DNA of 64,000 bases from Mobula hypostoma (taxonomy: Eukaryota): contig NC_086102.1 in NCBI RefSeq assembly GCF_963921235.1, positions 156,922,001 to 156,986,000 on the forward strand. Reading direction: 5' to 3'. This document shows positions 13,294-24,923 of this stretch, in pieces; positions within the stretch are counted from its first letter, which is position 1, and each line of letters begins with the position of its first letter. Below the pieces are notes generated by a model. That model ran no database searches, was not told the origin of the DNA, and saw only the letters and a list, made by a program, of their open reading frames with translations. Position numbers and translations under genes: made by a program.

Positions 13294-13863
13294 CACTTAG
13301 TGGTCACATAATTAGGTATAGCAGATACCTAATAAAGTGGCCACTGAATGTATGTTTGCGGTCTTCTGCTGCTGTAGCACATCCACTTCAAAGTTTGATG
13401 TGTTGCATGTTCGCAGATGCTGTTCTGCACACCACTGTTGTCATTCGTTATTGAGCTATTGTTGCCTTCCTTCTAGCTTTAAATAATATGGCCATTCTTC
13501 TCTGAGCTCTCTCATTAACAGGACAATTTCATCCACGGAACTGCCACTCACTGCGTGATTTTTTTTTTGTTTCTTGCACCATGATCTTTAAATTCTGGAG
13601 TCTATTGTGTGTAAAATTCCAAGGAGACCAGCATTTTATGAGATATTGAAACCACCCCACCTGGCTCTAACAATCATACTATGGTCAAAGTCATTTAGAT
13701 CACACTTCTTCCCCATTCTGATGTTTGGTCTGAACAACAACTGAACCTCCTGTCCATATCTGCATGCTTTTATGCATGGAATTTCTGCCACATGATTGGC
13801 TGATCAGACTTTTGCATTAACGAACAGGTGAACAGATGTACCTAATAAAGTGGCCAGTGAGTG
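13294..13863. mobile_element. Tc1/mariner-derived MITE
   Basis: TIRs CACTTAGTGGTCACATAATTAGGTA / TACCTAATAAAGTGGCCAGTGAGTG followed by TA; extra inverted TIR copy at ~13326-13350. Confidence 0.85.
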
Positions 13864-14119
13864 TACGTGTGATATAATTGTCAAGGAAATTGCGTTTTTT
13901 TTTGCAGCAATCTCGCAGAGTACTTACAAACACGAAGTAATAATTATACATTACTTATGACAAAATAAACAGAACAACATTAGAGCAAGTTAAGAGAGAG
14001 GATAAGAAATACAGTATGAGGTAATGTTAGGGATCCTCAGGTTGGTTCAAGAACTGTTAATTGAGCCATGAGGTGTAGCTCTTCAGGTTCTTGCACTTCC
14101 TGCATACTCTTGACTGTGA

Positions 14120-14493
14120 TTGCAGGCCTTGTTGGCATGCCAGGGCTTCACCACTGCACACTCAGAAACAATATCCCTGGAGGCTGATCAGTACCATGGC
14201 CCGGTGAAGTCTCCCAAGCCAGGACAGAATGTCTGGCTGGCATCTAGAGATCTTCCCTTGAAAGTTGAGAGCCACAAGTTGGTCCCATGCTACGTGGGCT
14301 CATTCATAGTGGAGAAGACTATCAGCAAAGTCTCATATGGTTTGTGCCTACCATCATCAATAAAGGTCCACCCAGTGTTCCATGTTTCCCAGTTCAAGCT
14401 GGTGATTTCCCTCTCACCTGCTGCAGTCACCTCCCCTCCCCTTCCTCCTCCTCCCCACTTGGTGGATGGATCCCCGCCCTATTCTGTGCAGTG
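14120..14493 (+). mobile_element. Old chromovirus (sushi-like Gypsy) integrase C-terminus and start of chromodomain
   Basis: PGQNVWLASRDLPLKVESHKL..HPVFHVSQFK..PPPPHLVDGSPPYSVQ. Confidence 0.88.
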
Positions 14494-15281
14494 TGTCACG
14501 CAGGTGAGAAACTGCTAGAAAGTTCAGCAGTCTAACGAACAAGGAGGCAATTAAAAGAGAGAGAAAATATGGCGCGAGCTGAGACGTGAGCTGGGAAGTC
14601 ATCATGGTAACAGCTCAGAGCAGTTGAGCTAATGGACGCTGGAATTTTAGAGGGATTAAAAAAAGTTGATCCTTCGGTCTGATAACAGTAGAGGAGACAT
14701 GATACGAGAGAACTGTGGAAGCTACCCGAGAAACCACCGGTGGAGTTTAAGACCACCACGAGGGTGGAAGCGACAGAACAATTAATTTCGATCCATGATT
14801 ACCAGTGCGGGTAAGAGCTTGCCTGTGGGGGTCTGCTGGTGGTGAACCCGTGCCGTGGGTTAGTAGACCGTTCACTAGAAGGGGCTCTGTCCATCTGTGT
14901 CTGTGTGGGAGTCACACCAAGTGACTCTGAAGACTTCGGAAGAAACAGCAACTAAAGCTGCCAACTTGAACATCAACTCAATTAACTCTCTCTCTCTCCA
15001 TCAAGTCAACTTGACGCAACACAAAGTGAACTAAACTGCTTAAACTTACCTGACACCGTAAGACTGATATCTACCTCCTGGACTATTATTTTTTTTTGTA
15101 TCCACACACACATTTACGGATATATATATATATAAAATAGTTTATAACCTGTATTGTATTATTCAGTTTAATGATATTAATTTGTAGTAGTAATAAATAT
15201 AGTCTTAATTTATAGTAAACAAGACTCCAGGTATGATCCATTTCTGCTGGTCCTTATCAACCCGTCACAGGGTTCATGTCA
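14494..15281 (+). repeat. 5' LTR
   Basis: TGTCAC..TGTCA; direct repeat of 20886-21703. Confidence 0.96.
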
Positions 15282-15286
15282 AAAAT

Positions 15287-15304
15287 TGGGGGCCTGTCTG
15301 GGAT
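15287..15304 (+). promoter_or_regulatory. Primer binding site, tRNA-Pro-like
   Basis: TGGGGGCCTGTCTGGGAT, a 15/18 match to the canonical Pro PBS TGGGGGCTCGTCCGGGAT, 5 nt downstream of the LTR. Confidence 0.8.
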
Positions 15305-15386
15305 CTGAACAAATTTGGTTGGAGCCAATTTTCTAAATTGCGTGGGGGCTTGTCTTGATTGGGGAAATCCCTTGTAATTAATCTGT

Positions 15387-16529
15387 GTGTGGAAAACAGC
15401 AGAAATGGAGGCTAGTGAATTTATAGACAACCCTACTCCTCTGTTTTTGAGGAGTGCCAGAAAGGAGGTTCTATGTGACATTGCTACGAAATGGAAACTT
15501 TCCGGAATACAGAAGAGTATGACGAAGGCAGGAATTCAGAGGAAAATAGCTGAGTATTGTGTTGGGAAACAGTTATTTGAGGAGTCGTCGCTACAGGAGT
15601 TTCCAGTAGGTGATGAGGAGACCCCGTTACAACTAGAACAATTAAGAATGGAGAGACTTAAGTTCGAGGCTGCAGAGGCAGAGAAACAGAGGGAGTTTGA
15701 GAGGGAGATGCGGCGTCAAGAGGGTCAAGTGTCAGGCCGTGGTGGCGAGAGGGGTGTATCAATTAATGTCAGTCAGGAAATTAAGTTGGTACCTCCGTTT
15801 GCTGAAGAAGACATTGATAGGTACTTCCTACATTTTGAGAAAGTGGCTCAGAACAGGAAGTGGCTGAGGGAGAACTGGGCAGTATTGCTGCAAAGTGTGT
15901 TAAAAAGGAAGGCGCAGCAAGCATATTCGGCCTTATCTGTGACCGAGTCGACTAATTATGATACTGTGAAGGAGGCTGTGCTTAAGGTCTATGAAATGGT
16001 GCCAGAAGCGTACCAACAGAAGTTTCAGTGTTTGAGGAAGTCTGGGAACCAGACATATATAGAGTTTGCCCGTGAAAAGGAGAGGTACTTTGATCGGTGG
16101 TGTGCCTCGAAAGAGGTAGACGAGGACTACCACAAAGTGAGACAGCTGATTCTGATTGAGGAATTTAAAGAGGTTGTTCCTAGTGAGATATGGACATATG
16201 TAGAAGAGAAAGAGGTTGAGACTCTTTCCATGGCCAGTAGGTTAGTGGATGAGTTTGCCCTGACTCACAAGATTAAGTTTTTCCCGAGCAAGGGTTATCA
16301 GAAGAGTTACTGGGATAATCCGCCAAGTAAAACAGAAAACAAGGCAGGGGCTAGTGACAGAGGTAAAGAGGAGGGGAAACCAACCAAAAATAAGTTTTCC
16401 ACTTTTACCTGTTACTACTGCAGAAAGCCTGGCCATGTGGTGTCTAACTGTCTTATTCGGAAGAAAGAAATGGGAAAGGAGAAGGGGAAAACCCCCGACA
16501 CATGTGCACCGGCGGCTGAGACCACATGA
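15387..16529 (+). CDS. gag: Gag (SCAN-related capsid region and CCHC zinc knuckle), open frame
   Basis: YFLHFEKVA..W, LIEEFK..IWTYVEEK, CYYCRKPGHVVSNC; likely start at ATG 15405. Confidence 0.88.
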   Translation: MWKTAEMEASEFIDNPTPLFLRSARKEVLCDIATKWKLSGIQKSMTKAGIQRKIAEYCVGKQLFEESSLQEFPVGDEETPLQLEQLRMERLKFEAAEAEKQREFEREMRRQEGQVSGRGGERGVSINVSQEIKLVPPFAEEDIDRYFLHFEKVAQNRKWLRENWAVLLQSVLKRKAQQAYSALSVTESTNYDTVKEAVLKVYEMVPEAYQQKFQCLRKSGNQTYIEFAREKERYFDRWCASKEVDEDYHKVRQLILIEEFKEVVPSEIWTYVEEKEVETLSMASRLVDEFALTHKIKFFPSKGYQKSYWDNPPSKTENKAGASDRGKEEGKPTKNKFSTFTCYYCRKPGHVVSNCLIRKKEMGKEKGKTPDTCAPAAETT

Positions 16530-16535
16530 AGGAAG

Positions 16536-16952
16536 GTGGGGTCTGGCCGAGTTCAGGAAGGGATTGAGTGGTTTATTATTAAGGGTTTTGTGTTAGTGAA
16601 GGAGGGGTCACCCCTAATTCCAGTGAGAATCTGGCGCGATACTGGAGTCTTTCAGTCACTGATATTAAGTGATGTCTTAGAATTTGGTGACGAGACAAAA
16701 ACGGACCAAGTGAATATTCTGCAAGGTATTGGCAAGGGAACAGAGGTCGTGCCTTTGCACAAAATAATTTTGAAATGTGACTTAGTGTCTGGACCAGTTG
16801 ACATAGGGATACGACCTAAATTACCGATAGCTAACGTGGATGTCTTGTTGGGAAATGACCTGGCAGGAAAAGATGTATACCCAGGGTTACAGCTAACAAG
16901 CTGGCCTGCTGTTAGTGAGACAAGCGCAGACAGTGAACTTTATCCCACATGA
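16536..16952 (+). pseudogene. Aspartic protease remnant
   Basis: RDTG active-site motif and VDVLLGNDL; frameshifted from gag. Confidence 0.85.
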
Positions 16953-17041
16953 TGGTCACAAGAAGTATGACAAGGAAGACTGCAGAAGTGAAGTGATCTG
17001 GACAGGAGGGGTCAGGTGCCCGTGATAGCAAAGACAGGGGT

Positions 17042-19230
17042 ATGGATCCTACTGACTTATCTGAAACTTTTCTACCATCTGTGTTCGACCAGGACCCAGG
17101 TAGTGAGGCAGATAAGAGGGGTTTGTCATTGCCCAGGCGGAAGGTTGAGGAAGAACAGGATAGGGATCCTGAGATTGCAGTTTTAAAAGAGACAGCTCTT
17201 TCTGAGGATGAAATTCAGAGGGAGTCAATGGGTTACTACCTGAAGGACGGGGTATTAATGAGGAAGTGGAGGCCACCGACGGTACATGCTGATGAGGATT
17301 GGGCTGTGGTGCATCAGGTGGTGGTTCCGAAGGGTTACCGTACAAAAAAATTTAAAGATGGCTCATACAATGCCTTTAGGGGGACATCTTGGAGTTAGAA
17401 AGACAGGGCACAAGATTATGAAAGAATTTCGTTGACCGGGTATAAGAAAGGATGTGGCAGTTTTTTGTAAAACTTGTCACACCTGTCAAGTGGTAGGGAA
17501 ACCGAATCAGGCTATCCCAAAAGAGCCACTTCGCCCCATACCAACTTTTGGTGAACCTTTCTCCAGGGTCATTGTGAAATGTGTTGGCCCACTGCCAAAT
17601 ACTGCAGGTGGCTAGCAAAACTTGTTAACCATTATGTGCACTGCCTCTAGGTTCCCAGAAGCAATATCCCCCAGGAACCTAAAGGCTAAAACAGTGGTGA
17701 AGGCACTTATTAAGTTCTTCACGTTAGTGGGTCTTCCCAAGGAGATACAATCGGATCAGGGCAGTAATTTTACATTGGGTGTATTCCAACAGATAGTTAC
17801 GGAACAGAGAGTGAAACAAATTCTGTCCACAGCATACCATCCCCAATCCCAGGGAGCAATAGAGAGGTTTCACTCTACTCTCAAAACCATGATTAAAATG
17901 TGCTGTATGGAAAACAAAAAACATTGGGATGAGAGTATACCTTTATTCCTATTTGCGATAAGAGATTCGATCCAGAAATCGTTGGAGTTCAGTCCCTTTG
18001 AGCTTGTGTTTAGTGTTACGTACCCCGTAACTGGGTTGCCAAACCAGCAGAAATGGATCACTCAGTTGGAGTCTGGAGTACTAGAACTAAGAAAGTTTTA
18101 TTAAAGAAACAAGCAACACAGTAATCGAAAGGATAATAAATGCAACAGTTCAGTGATGATAAACACACATGTGCACAGAATTAAGATAACAGCATCAATC
18201 AAGCTCTATCGTTGTCTAGGGGTAAATGACCAAATTTCAAAATGACTCAAAGTTCAGTTCGCAGTAATCGTTTCCATGGCGATGGACAACGTGGGGGAAG
18301 AGAGACAGAGAGAACAGGAACAACTCATCATTCAGCACGGCTTCACTCACAGATCAGCGAGATTGCTCACAAACAGCATTTGGGCGGGTCCTTGGTGATG
18401 TCACCTGAGGTCACCGACTGTGACCCCTCCTCCAGATGCGGTCGATCCTCTGCAGTGAACCCGGCACCCAGGCAAGGGCGGACACACACCGGGTTCCCGC
18501 TGATCGTACCTTTCCACCCTTGTCGTTGTCTGGCACTTCTCACCCACTCGTGAGAGGCGCACCGCTTCCAGGGTCTCGTTACCTCGGGTGGCGTGTGTGT
18601 CTGTCTTAGCGAACCTGTCCCTTTTTATCCCCCTGCTGGGGTATTGCCTGTCCATCACTTCAAACAGTTCAAGGTTCAAAGAGGGGAGCCGCTCCAGACA
18701 GCTCTCTCTCCCACATTCCTTCATTACACATCTCCAGACGCTGCTCCATTGTTCCTTATCTCTCCTTCCCCTGAGGGCAGGTGGCAGACCAACTGCCGAT
18801 GCCACTGATGCTAGCCCAGGCCAGCAAACGTCTTAATTTTATGTGTATTCTCGTAACATTAGTCATAGGCCTTGAGGACCTTTGACCTTACTGAGAGAGC
18901 AATGGTCTGATAAGGAAGTGCGAACTGGTGTATTAGGTTATGTCTTAGAGTTTTGAGACAGGCTGAGGAGGGCTTGTGACCTTGCGAAACACAGTCTTCA
19001 AGACTCCCAGGCTGATATGAAGCGCTGGTATGACAGACAGGCGAGGGAGCGAAGCTATGAGGTTGGAGATAAGGTCTTGGTTTTGTTTCCCTTGGAGAAT
19101 AACCCTCTCCAGGCTCAGTTTAGTGGACCTTATGAAATAACGAGGAAAATTGATGAGCTGATCTATGTTATCAGGACACCTGGTAGAAGGAAGACCACTC
19201 AATTAGTGCATGTGAACCTAATCAAACCTT
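17042..19230 (+). pseudogene. Integrase (Zn-binding region, DDE core, GPY), broken by frameshifts and a solo LTR
   Basis: QVVVPKGYR, CKTCHTCQ, IQSDQGSNF, YHPQSQGAIERFH, SPFELVF, FSGPYEI. Confidence 0.92.
18014..18858 (-). mobile_element. Solo LTR of a related Gypsy family inserted in the integrase
   Basis: TGTTACG..CGTAACA termini; TSD TTAG (18010-18013 and 18859-18862); its reverse-complement 3' end resembles the host LTR end (CCATTTCTGCTGG..GGGG..CGT.ACA). Confidence 0.93.
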
Positions 19231-19399
19231 ATTTTGATTCTAAATCCGTACCATTTGGGGTCACGACCAAACAAGACCCTGCTGCAAAGGCTAGCCCAGA
19301 GATAACCGGGGAGTGTAATGAGCAGTGTCTGGTTTCAGCTCGACTCAAGAATGCTAGTGTTTTGGAGAACATAGACAGTAAAATTAACCACCTGGAAGA

Positions 19400-20758
19400 G
19401 AAACAACAGCAACAGATAAAGGAGCTAATTGGCAAACATTCCGATCTATTCCCAGATACACCGAGGCAGTGTAGTATAGCTACCTACGATGTCATTGTGA
19501 GGCAGGCTGATCCAGTGAAACAGCACCCCTACAGGATGAATTTAGAACGTAGTAAAATAGTGGAGCAGGAAATCGAATATATGTTGGCCAACGGTATAAT
19601 CAGGCCATCCACCTCTGCGTGGGCTTCCCCATGCGTGATAGTTCCCAAGCCCGATGGTACAATGAGATCTTGCACAGATTATAGAAAGGCCAACGCAATA
19701 ACTAAAACAGATGCCTACCCTATTCCCAGAATAGATGACTGAATTGATAGGGTGGGAAAGGCTAACTAAAATTGACCTGCTAAAAGGGTACTGGGTGCGT
19801 CCCCTTAACCAATAGGGCTCGAGAGATGTCAGCATTCGTCACCCCCTCGGGGTTGTATGAGTATAATGTGATGCCTTTCAGGATGAAAAATGCCCCTGGG
19901 ACATTCCAACGTATGATAAACTCTGTGATTCAAGGCTTGAAGTATACTGGGGCATACATTGATGATTTAGTAGTATGGAACGACATGTGGGAGGAACACA
20001 TTGTAACAGTAGAGAAATTATTTGATCGGCTCTCTAAAGCTAATCTGGCAGTCAACCTTGCCAAGAGTAAATTTGGTCACGCCAGGGTCACGTATCTTGG
20101 TTACGTAGTGGGCCAGGGTCAACTGGCTCCTGTGAAAGGGAAAGTTCAGGCTATCGCTGATGTACCCATTCCAATGGGTAAGAGAGCATTGAGAAGGTTT
20201 TTAGGTATGGTGGGGTATTATCGAAAATTTTGCAAGAACTTTGTAAATATTGCCCTTCCACTGATAAGACCGTTGAGAAAGAGTGAACGATTTGTGTGGG
20301 ATGAGCGTTGCCAAGAGGCATTTGAACGGTTAAAAGGGTATTCTGTGTCACCATCCAGTGCTAAAGGCACCAGACTTCACTAAGACGTTCTCCCTAGCGA
20401 CAAACGCTAATGATGAAGCTTCAGGGGCGGTGCTATTACAGAGAGGAGATGACAGTATTGAACATCCGGTGGCATACTTTTCCAAAAAGTTTAATGTGCA
20501 CGAGAAAAATTACTCGACAATAGAAAAGGAATAGCTGTCCCTCATTTTTGCATTACAACATTTCGAGGTTTACGTTAGTCCCACACAAAAGCCGTTAGTG
20601 GTGTACACTGACCACAATCCTTTGGTGTTTTTAGATAGGATTAAAGATTGAAATCGGCATTTATTAAACTGGAGCCCGTGTTTACAGCAGTTTGATATCG
20701 AGATAAGACATTTAAGGGGTACGGACAATGTCATTGCAGATTGCCTATCCCGCTGTTA
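19400..20758 (+). pseudogene. Reverse transcriptase and RNase H remnant
   Basis: KQHPYR, WASPCVIVPKPDG, YPIPRIDD, AYIDD, RFLGMVGYYR, HPVAYFSKK, YTDHNPL, ADCLSR. Confidence 0.94.
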
Positions 20759-20872
20759 AAAATGCTGACAAACTGTGTAAATGCATAATATACACTCTGT
20801 GAAGTAGAATGTAGTGCTTGGTGTGTAGAATCTGTGAGTGAGAAAAATTTTGCTCGAAGATCAAAATTTTCC

Positions 20873-20885
20873 GAAAGGGGGAAAG
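20873..20885 (+). promoter_or_regulatory. Polypurine tract
   Basis: GAAAGGGGGAAAG immediately before the 3' LTR; preceded by an AAAATTTTG/CAAAATTTT hairpin. Confidence 0.88.
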
Positions 20886-21509
20886 TGTCACACAGGTGAG
20901 AAACTGCTAGAAAGTTCAGCAGTCTAATGAACAAGGAGGCAATTAAAAGAGACAGAAAATACGGTGCGAGCTGAGACATGAGCTGGGAAGTCACCATGGT
21001 AACAGCTCAGAGCGGTTGAGCGAACGGACGCTAGAATTAATGGAGGGATTAAAACAAGTTGATCCTTTGGTCTGATAACGGCAGAGGAGACACAACATGA
21101 GAGAACTGCGGAACCTACTCGAGAAACCACTGGTGGAGTTCAAGACCACCACGAGGGTGGAGGCGATGGACCAATTAATTTCGATCCGTGATTACCAGTG
21201 CGGGTAAGAGCTTGCCTGTGGGGGTCTGCTGGTGTTGAACCCGTGCTGTGGGTTAATAGACCGTTCTCTAGAAGGGGCTCTGTCCATCTGTGTCTGTGCG
21301 GGGGTCCCAACAAGTGACTCCGAAGACTTCGGAAGAAAAAGCAACTAAAGCTGCCAACTTGAACATCAACTCAATTAACTCTCTCTCTCTCTCCATCAAT
21401 TCAACTCGACACAACAGAAAGTGAACTGAACTGCTTAAACCTACCTGACACCATAAGACTGATATCTACCTCCTGGACTATTATTTTGTCTGTATCCACA
21501 CACACATTT

Positions 21510-21558
<49 letters not shown>

Positions 21559-21703
21559 ATAGTTTATAACCTGTATTGTATTATTCAGTTTAATGATATT
21601 AATTCGTAGTAGTAATAAATATAGTCTTAATTTATAGTAAACCAGACTCCAGGTGTGTTCCATTTCTGCTGGTCCTTTTCAACCCGTCATGGGGTTCGTG
21701 ACA
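20886..21703 (+). repeat. 3' LTR, with expanded (TA)n at 21514-21555
   Basis: TGTCAC..GTGACA; direct repeat of the 5' LTR. Confidence 0.96.
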
Positions 21704-21840
21704 AGTGCCTCCTGGCATCTCCCCAAGTGTAGGGCAGTGTTTAGTATCTCATGGTTTGGGAGGGATATGGTACTCTTGGATTTCAGCACATAACATCCTG
21801 AACAAGTCTCTCATCCGGGGCTTCCAGCATGCACAGGTCT
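21704..21840 (+). mobile_element. Remainder of the chromovirus chromodomain
   Basis: CLLAS..YLMVWEGYG..WISAHNILNKSLI continues the fragment ending at 14493. Confidence 0.8.
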
Positions 21841-21886
21841 CATGACTATGGATGTTCCAACCAATTATGTTTTCATTTTTTTTTCT

Positions 21887-22172
21887 GTGAGACCATGCAT
21901 TTGCACCTTGGAAGGTTTCCAGGGCACAGGCCTGGACAAGGTTGTATGGAAGACTGGCAGTTGTCCATGCTGCAAGTCTCCCCTCTCCAGGCCACCGATG
22001 TTGTCCAAGGAAAGGGCCCTAGGACCCATACAGCTTGGCACCGGTGTCGTCGCAGAGCAATGTGTGGTTAAGTGCCTTGCTCAAGGACACAACACGTTGC
22101 CTCAGCTGAGGCTCGAACTAGTGACCTTCAGATCACTAGACCGACGCCTTAACCACTTGGCCACACGCCAAC
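21887..22172 (-). mobile_element. tRNA-derived CORE-type SINE
   Basis: A box TGGCCAAGTGG, B-box-like AGTTCGAGCC, CORE-like TGTGTCCTTGAGCAAGGCACTTAACC; TSD GTTTTCATT (21869, 22177); sister copy at 60235. Confidence 0.9.
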
Positions 22173-22978
22173 ACACGTTTTCATTATGCTTGTATTTAGC
22201 TCCATTCCTATCGTTGCAGTTTTGCCGAGACTTGATGAAGCGTATTGATGGCAACACTCCTTGCTTACCTGAGTCCACATCCTGAGAAAGAAGACTACAA
22301 TTTAGAGCAGTATTTATTTAGCATTTCATTTCTGCATCTGAGCTGCAGTGGCAACGTTTGACTTTAGTTTGAGAGTTTTTGTTAGCAGTCCTGCTGGCCT
22401 AGTGTTCCTTATTCTCCCTTTGGTTCTCTACAGTTCTTATTAAAAGTCAGAGAACTTTTCATCTTGTGGCTGTGTCTCTCCCTTTGCACTTGTCAAACAT
22501 CTTGTCTGCCTGGTGGCAGCACCAGGAAGAGGGCATGGCCCAGATGGTGAGGGTCTCTGATGATGGATACAGTCCTGAGTCATCACCTCTTATAGATATC
22601 CTCAATGGTGGGGATAGTCATCTCAGCCAAGGGAAGACTTTACTGTCAATTCACTCTTCTATTAACAATGACCCTCCCAGCAATTAACAGCTTAAATTAC
22701 AAATGCAGCCAAAATATTTTTAAGGAGTGGACTAATTGTAGAGAAGGGTATTGAGGAATTAAATGATGAATTACATAAAGTGTTTAAAATGTTTAAAAAT
22801 TAGTTTCAATTCACAGGCAGAAACAATTTTACCATTATTAGATAATATATCTAGTTAAGGATTTATATGTCTAAACAGTATTGCAATTTTCTATCGCAAC
22901 TGACGGTGAGGGCTTAGGCCTCTTCCTTCTGTTCTTAAATAGTATCACAGGATATTTTACTGTTGCTAATCACACACT

Positions 22979-23032
22979 TAAGATGAAATTCAGTGCAATT
23001 CCTCCTAAGATGAAATTCAGTGCAATTCCTCC
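22979..23032. repeat. Perfect 27-bp tandem duplication
   Basis: TAAGATGAAATTCAGTGCAATTCCTCC x2. Confidence 0.95.
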
Positions 23033-23089
23033 CAAAATTAATGCCATGCAGACATAATTTTGGATATTCCAGGTTTGCACTTGCTCCTC

Positions 23090-23900
23090 CACCCAGATGG
23101 CAGATGGGTCATAAAGATAAAAGCAGATGAAATGTAACGAAGGTGGGAAAATGGATCTACCAGGAAAACAAAGATCACAAGAAATGTGACAAGTTGAACT
23201 TAATCCAAAGGAATGCACGCTATGCATTTGAGGAGTTGCTTCAAGTGAAAACACAATAAATGGGAGGATATTGAGCGATTTGGAGGTACAGTGGAATCTT
23301 GGAATGTATATCTACAGATCTTCAAGAGGTAGAAAAATCTACCTAATAATGAAGTTAAAGAAAAATCGTAGATGCTTTTCAACGGCCACACGTGGAGTAC
23401 ACAGAGCAAGGTGGATGGGCTTGAATTGTACATAACATTGGTGAGACCTAGCTCAAGTACTTCATTAGAGTTCTGATCACTCCTTTGCAAGAAAGAGGTG
23501 ATTATGCTGGAGAAAGAACGGGGAACATGTTACCAGCACTGGGTAAGTTCAACTTTAAGAAAGATGGCATAATCTTGGGCTGCTCTCTTTGAGACAGAGG
23601 AGACCGATAAGAGGTAGATGAGATGTTTAAAATTATGAGTGCTTTATAATAAATAGGAAAGGCAAGTGACAATACACTGAGAGAAGTTGGCCGGAGGATT
23701 AGCGGGGAGAAGAACATTTTTTACCCTGAGGATCGGGGGATCCGTGACTCATTGTTAATGGGATGATGGAAGCATAAATCCCATGTAATAGGTATTGGTA
23801 AGAAACTAATGTTGCAATGTAGCAATTGGCTGGGCAACTCTTTTTTAATGGGTACAGTTAAAATGAGCTAACTGGCCTTCTCCAGTGTCATACACTCTCT
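23090..23900 (+). mobile_element. Old CR1 3' fragment
   Basis: Degenerate LYITLVRP and VDEMFKIM segments. Confidence 0.65.
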
Positions 23901-24285
23901 CCTTCTATATTCCTTAACATAGTGGTACCAAACATAAATGTTCTTAAATATTCGGCAGGTGTTTGTGCTTAAATACATTATATTCCAGTGTAGCTAATAC
24001 AACATTCAGTTATTTGTCATTGCCTACATAAAGCTAGGTCAGCAGACAAACTAACGCAGTTTATTTCTTATTCTAATGCACCATACTGAAGCAAGTACTA
24101 CAAGTTATTTGTCCATTAAGGGACTTATTTTTGCCTTTGACAATTTATCCAAATTGAGGTTTTAAACTGAGGTCCTAGTGAGATTGCCACCAGGTAATAT
24201 TGCCAAGATCAATTCAGTGATGCAAAACACATCAAAGTTGCTGGTGAATGCAGCAGGCCAGGCAGCATCTCTAGGAAGAGGTACA

Positions 24286-24319
24286 GTCGACGTTTCAGGC
24301 TGAGAACCTTCGTCAGGAC
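24286..24319 (-). ncRNA. Minimal type I hammerhead ribozyme motif
   Basis: GTC-CTGACGA-AGGTTCTCAGCCT-GAAAC-GTC-GAC. Confidence 0.75.
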
Positions 24320-24889
24320 TAACTGAAGAAAGAGCTAGTAAGAGATAAAAATGGGAGGGGGAGGGGGAGATCCAAAATGATAGGAGAAGACAGGAGGGGG
24401 AGGGATGGAGCCAAGAGCTGGACAGGTGATTGGCAAAAGGGGTATGAGAGGATCATGGGACAGGAGGCCCAGGGAGAAAGTAAAGGGGGAGGGGGGGAAA
24501 AGCCCAGAGGATGGGCAAGGGGTATAGTCAGAGGGACAGAGGGAGAAAAAGGAGAGTAAGAGAAAGAATGTGTGTATATAAATAACGGATGGGGTACGAG
24601 GGGGAGGTGGGGCATTAGTGGAAGTTAGAGAAGTCGATGTTCATGCCATCAGGTTGGAGGCTACCCAGACAGAATATAAGGTGGTGTTCCTCCAACCTGA
24701 GAGGGGGCTTCCCCACCCCCCTTTTTCCTTCTCCCTGGGCCTCCTGTCCCATGATCCTCTCATACCGCTTTTGCCAATCACCTGTCCAGCTCTTGGCTCC
24801 ATCCCTCCCCCTCTTGTCTTCTCCCATCATTTTGGATCTCCCCTTCCCCCTCACACTTTCAAATCTCTTACTAGCTCTTTCTTCAGTTA

Positions 24890-24923
24890 GTCCTGATGAA
24901 GGGTCTCGGCCCGAAATGTTGAC
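24890..24923 (+). ncRNA. Minimal hammerhead motif, CpG-decayed
   Basis: GTC-CTGATGA-AGGGTCTCGGCCC-GAAAT-GTT-GAC. Confidence 0.65.

Larger units (their letters stand above)
14494..21703 (+). mobile_element. Full-length decayed Gmr1-type Ty3/Gypsy LTR retrotransposon (gag-PR-IN-RT-RH order)
   Basis: Two TG..CA LTRs, 4-bp TSD AGTG (14490-14493 and 21704-21707), PBS, PPT, integrase upstream of RT. Confidence 0.96.

Noticed and set aside
21842-22285. Similar ~140-aa ORFs here and at 60107-60520 suggesting a gene family
   Set aside because: Both are antisense readings of the same SINE.
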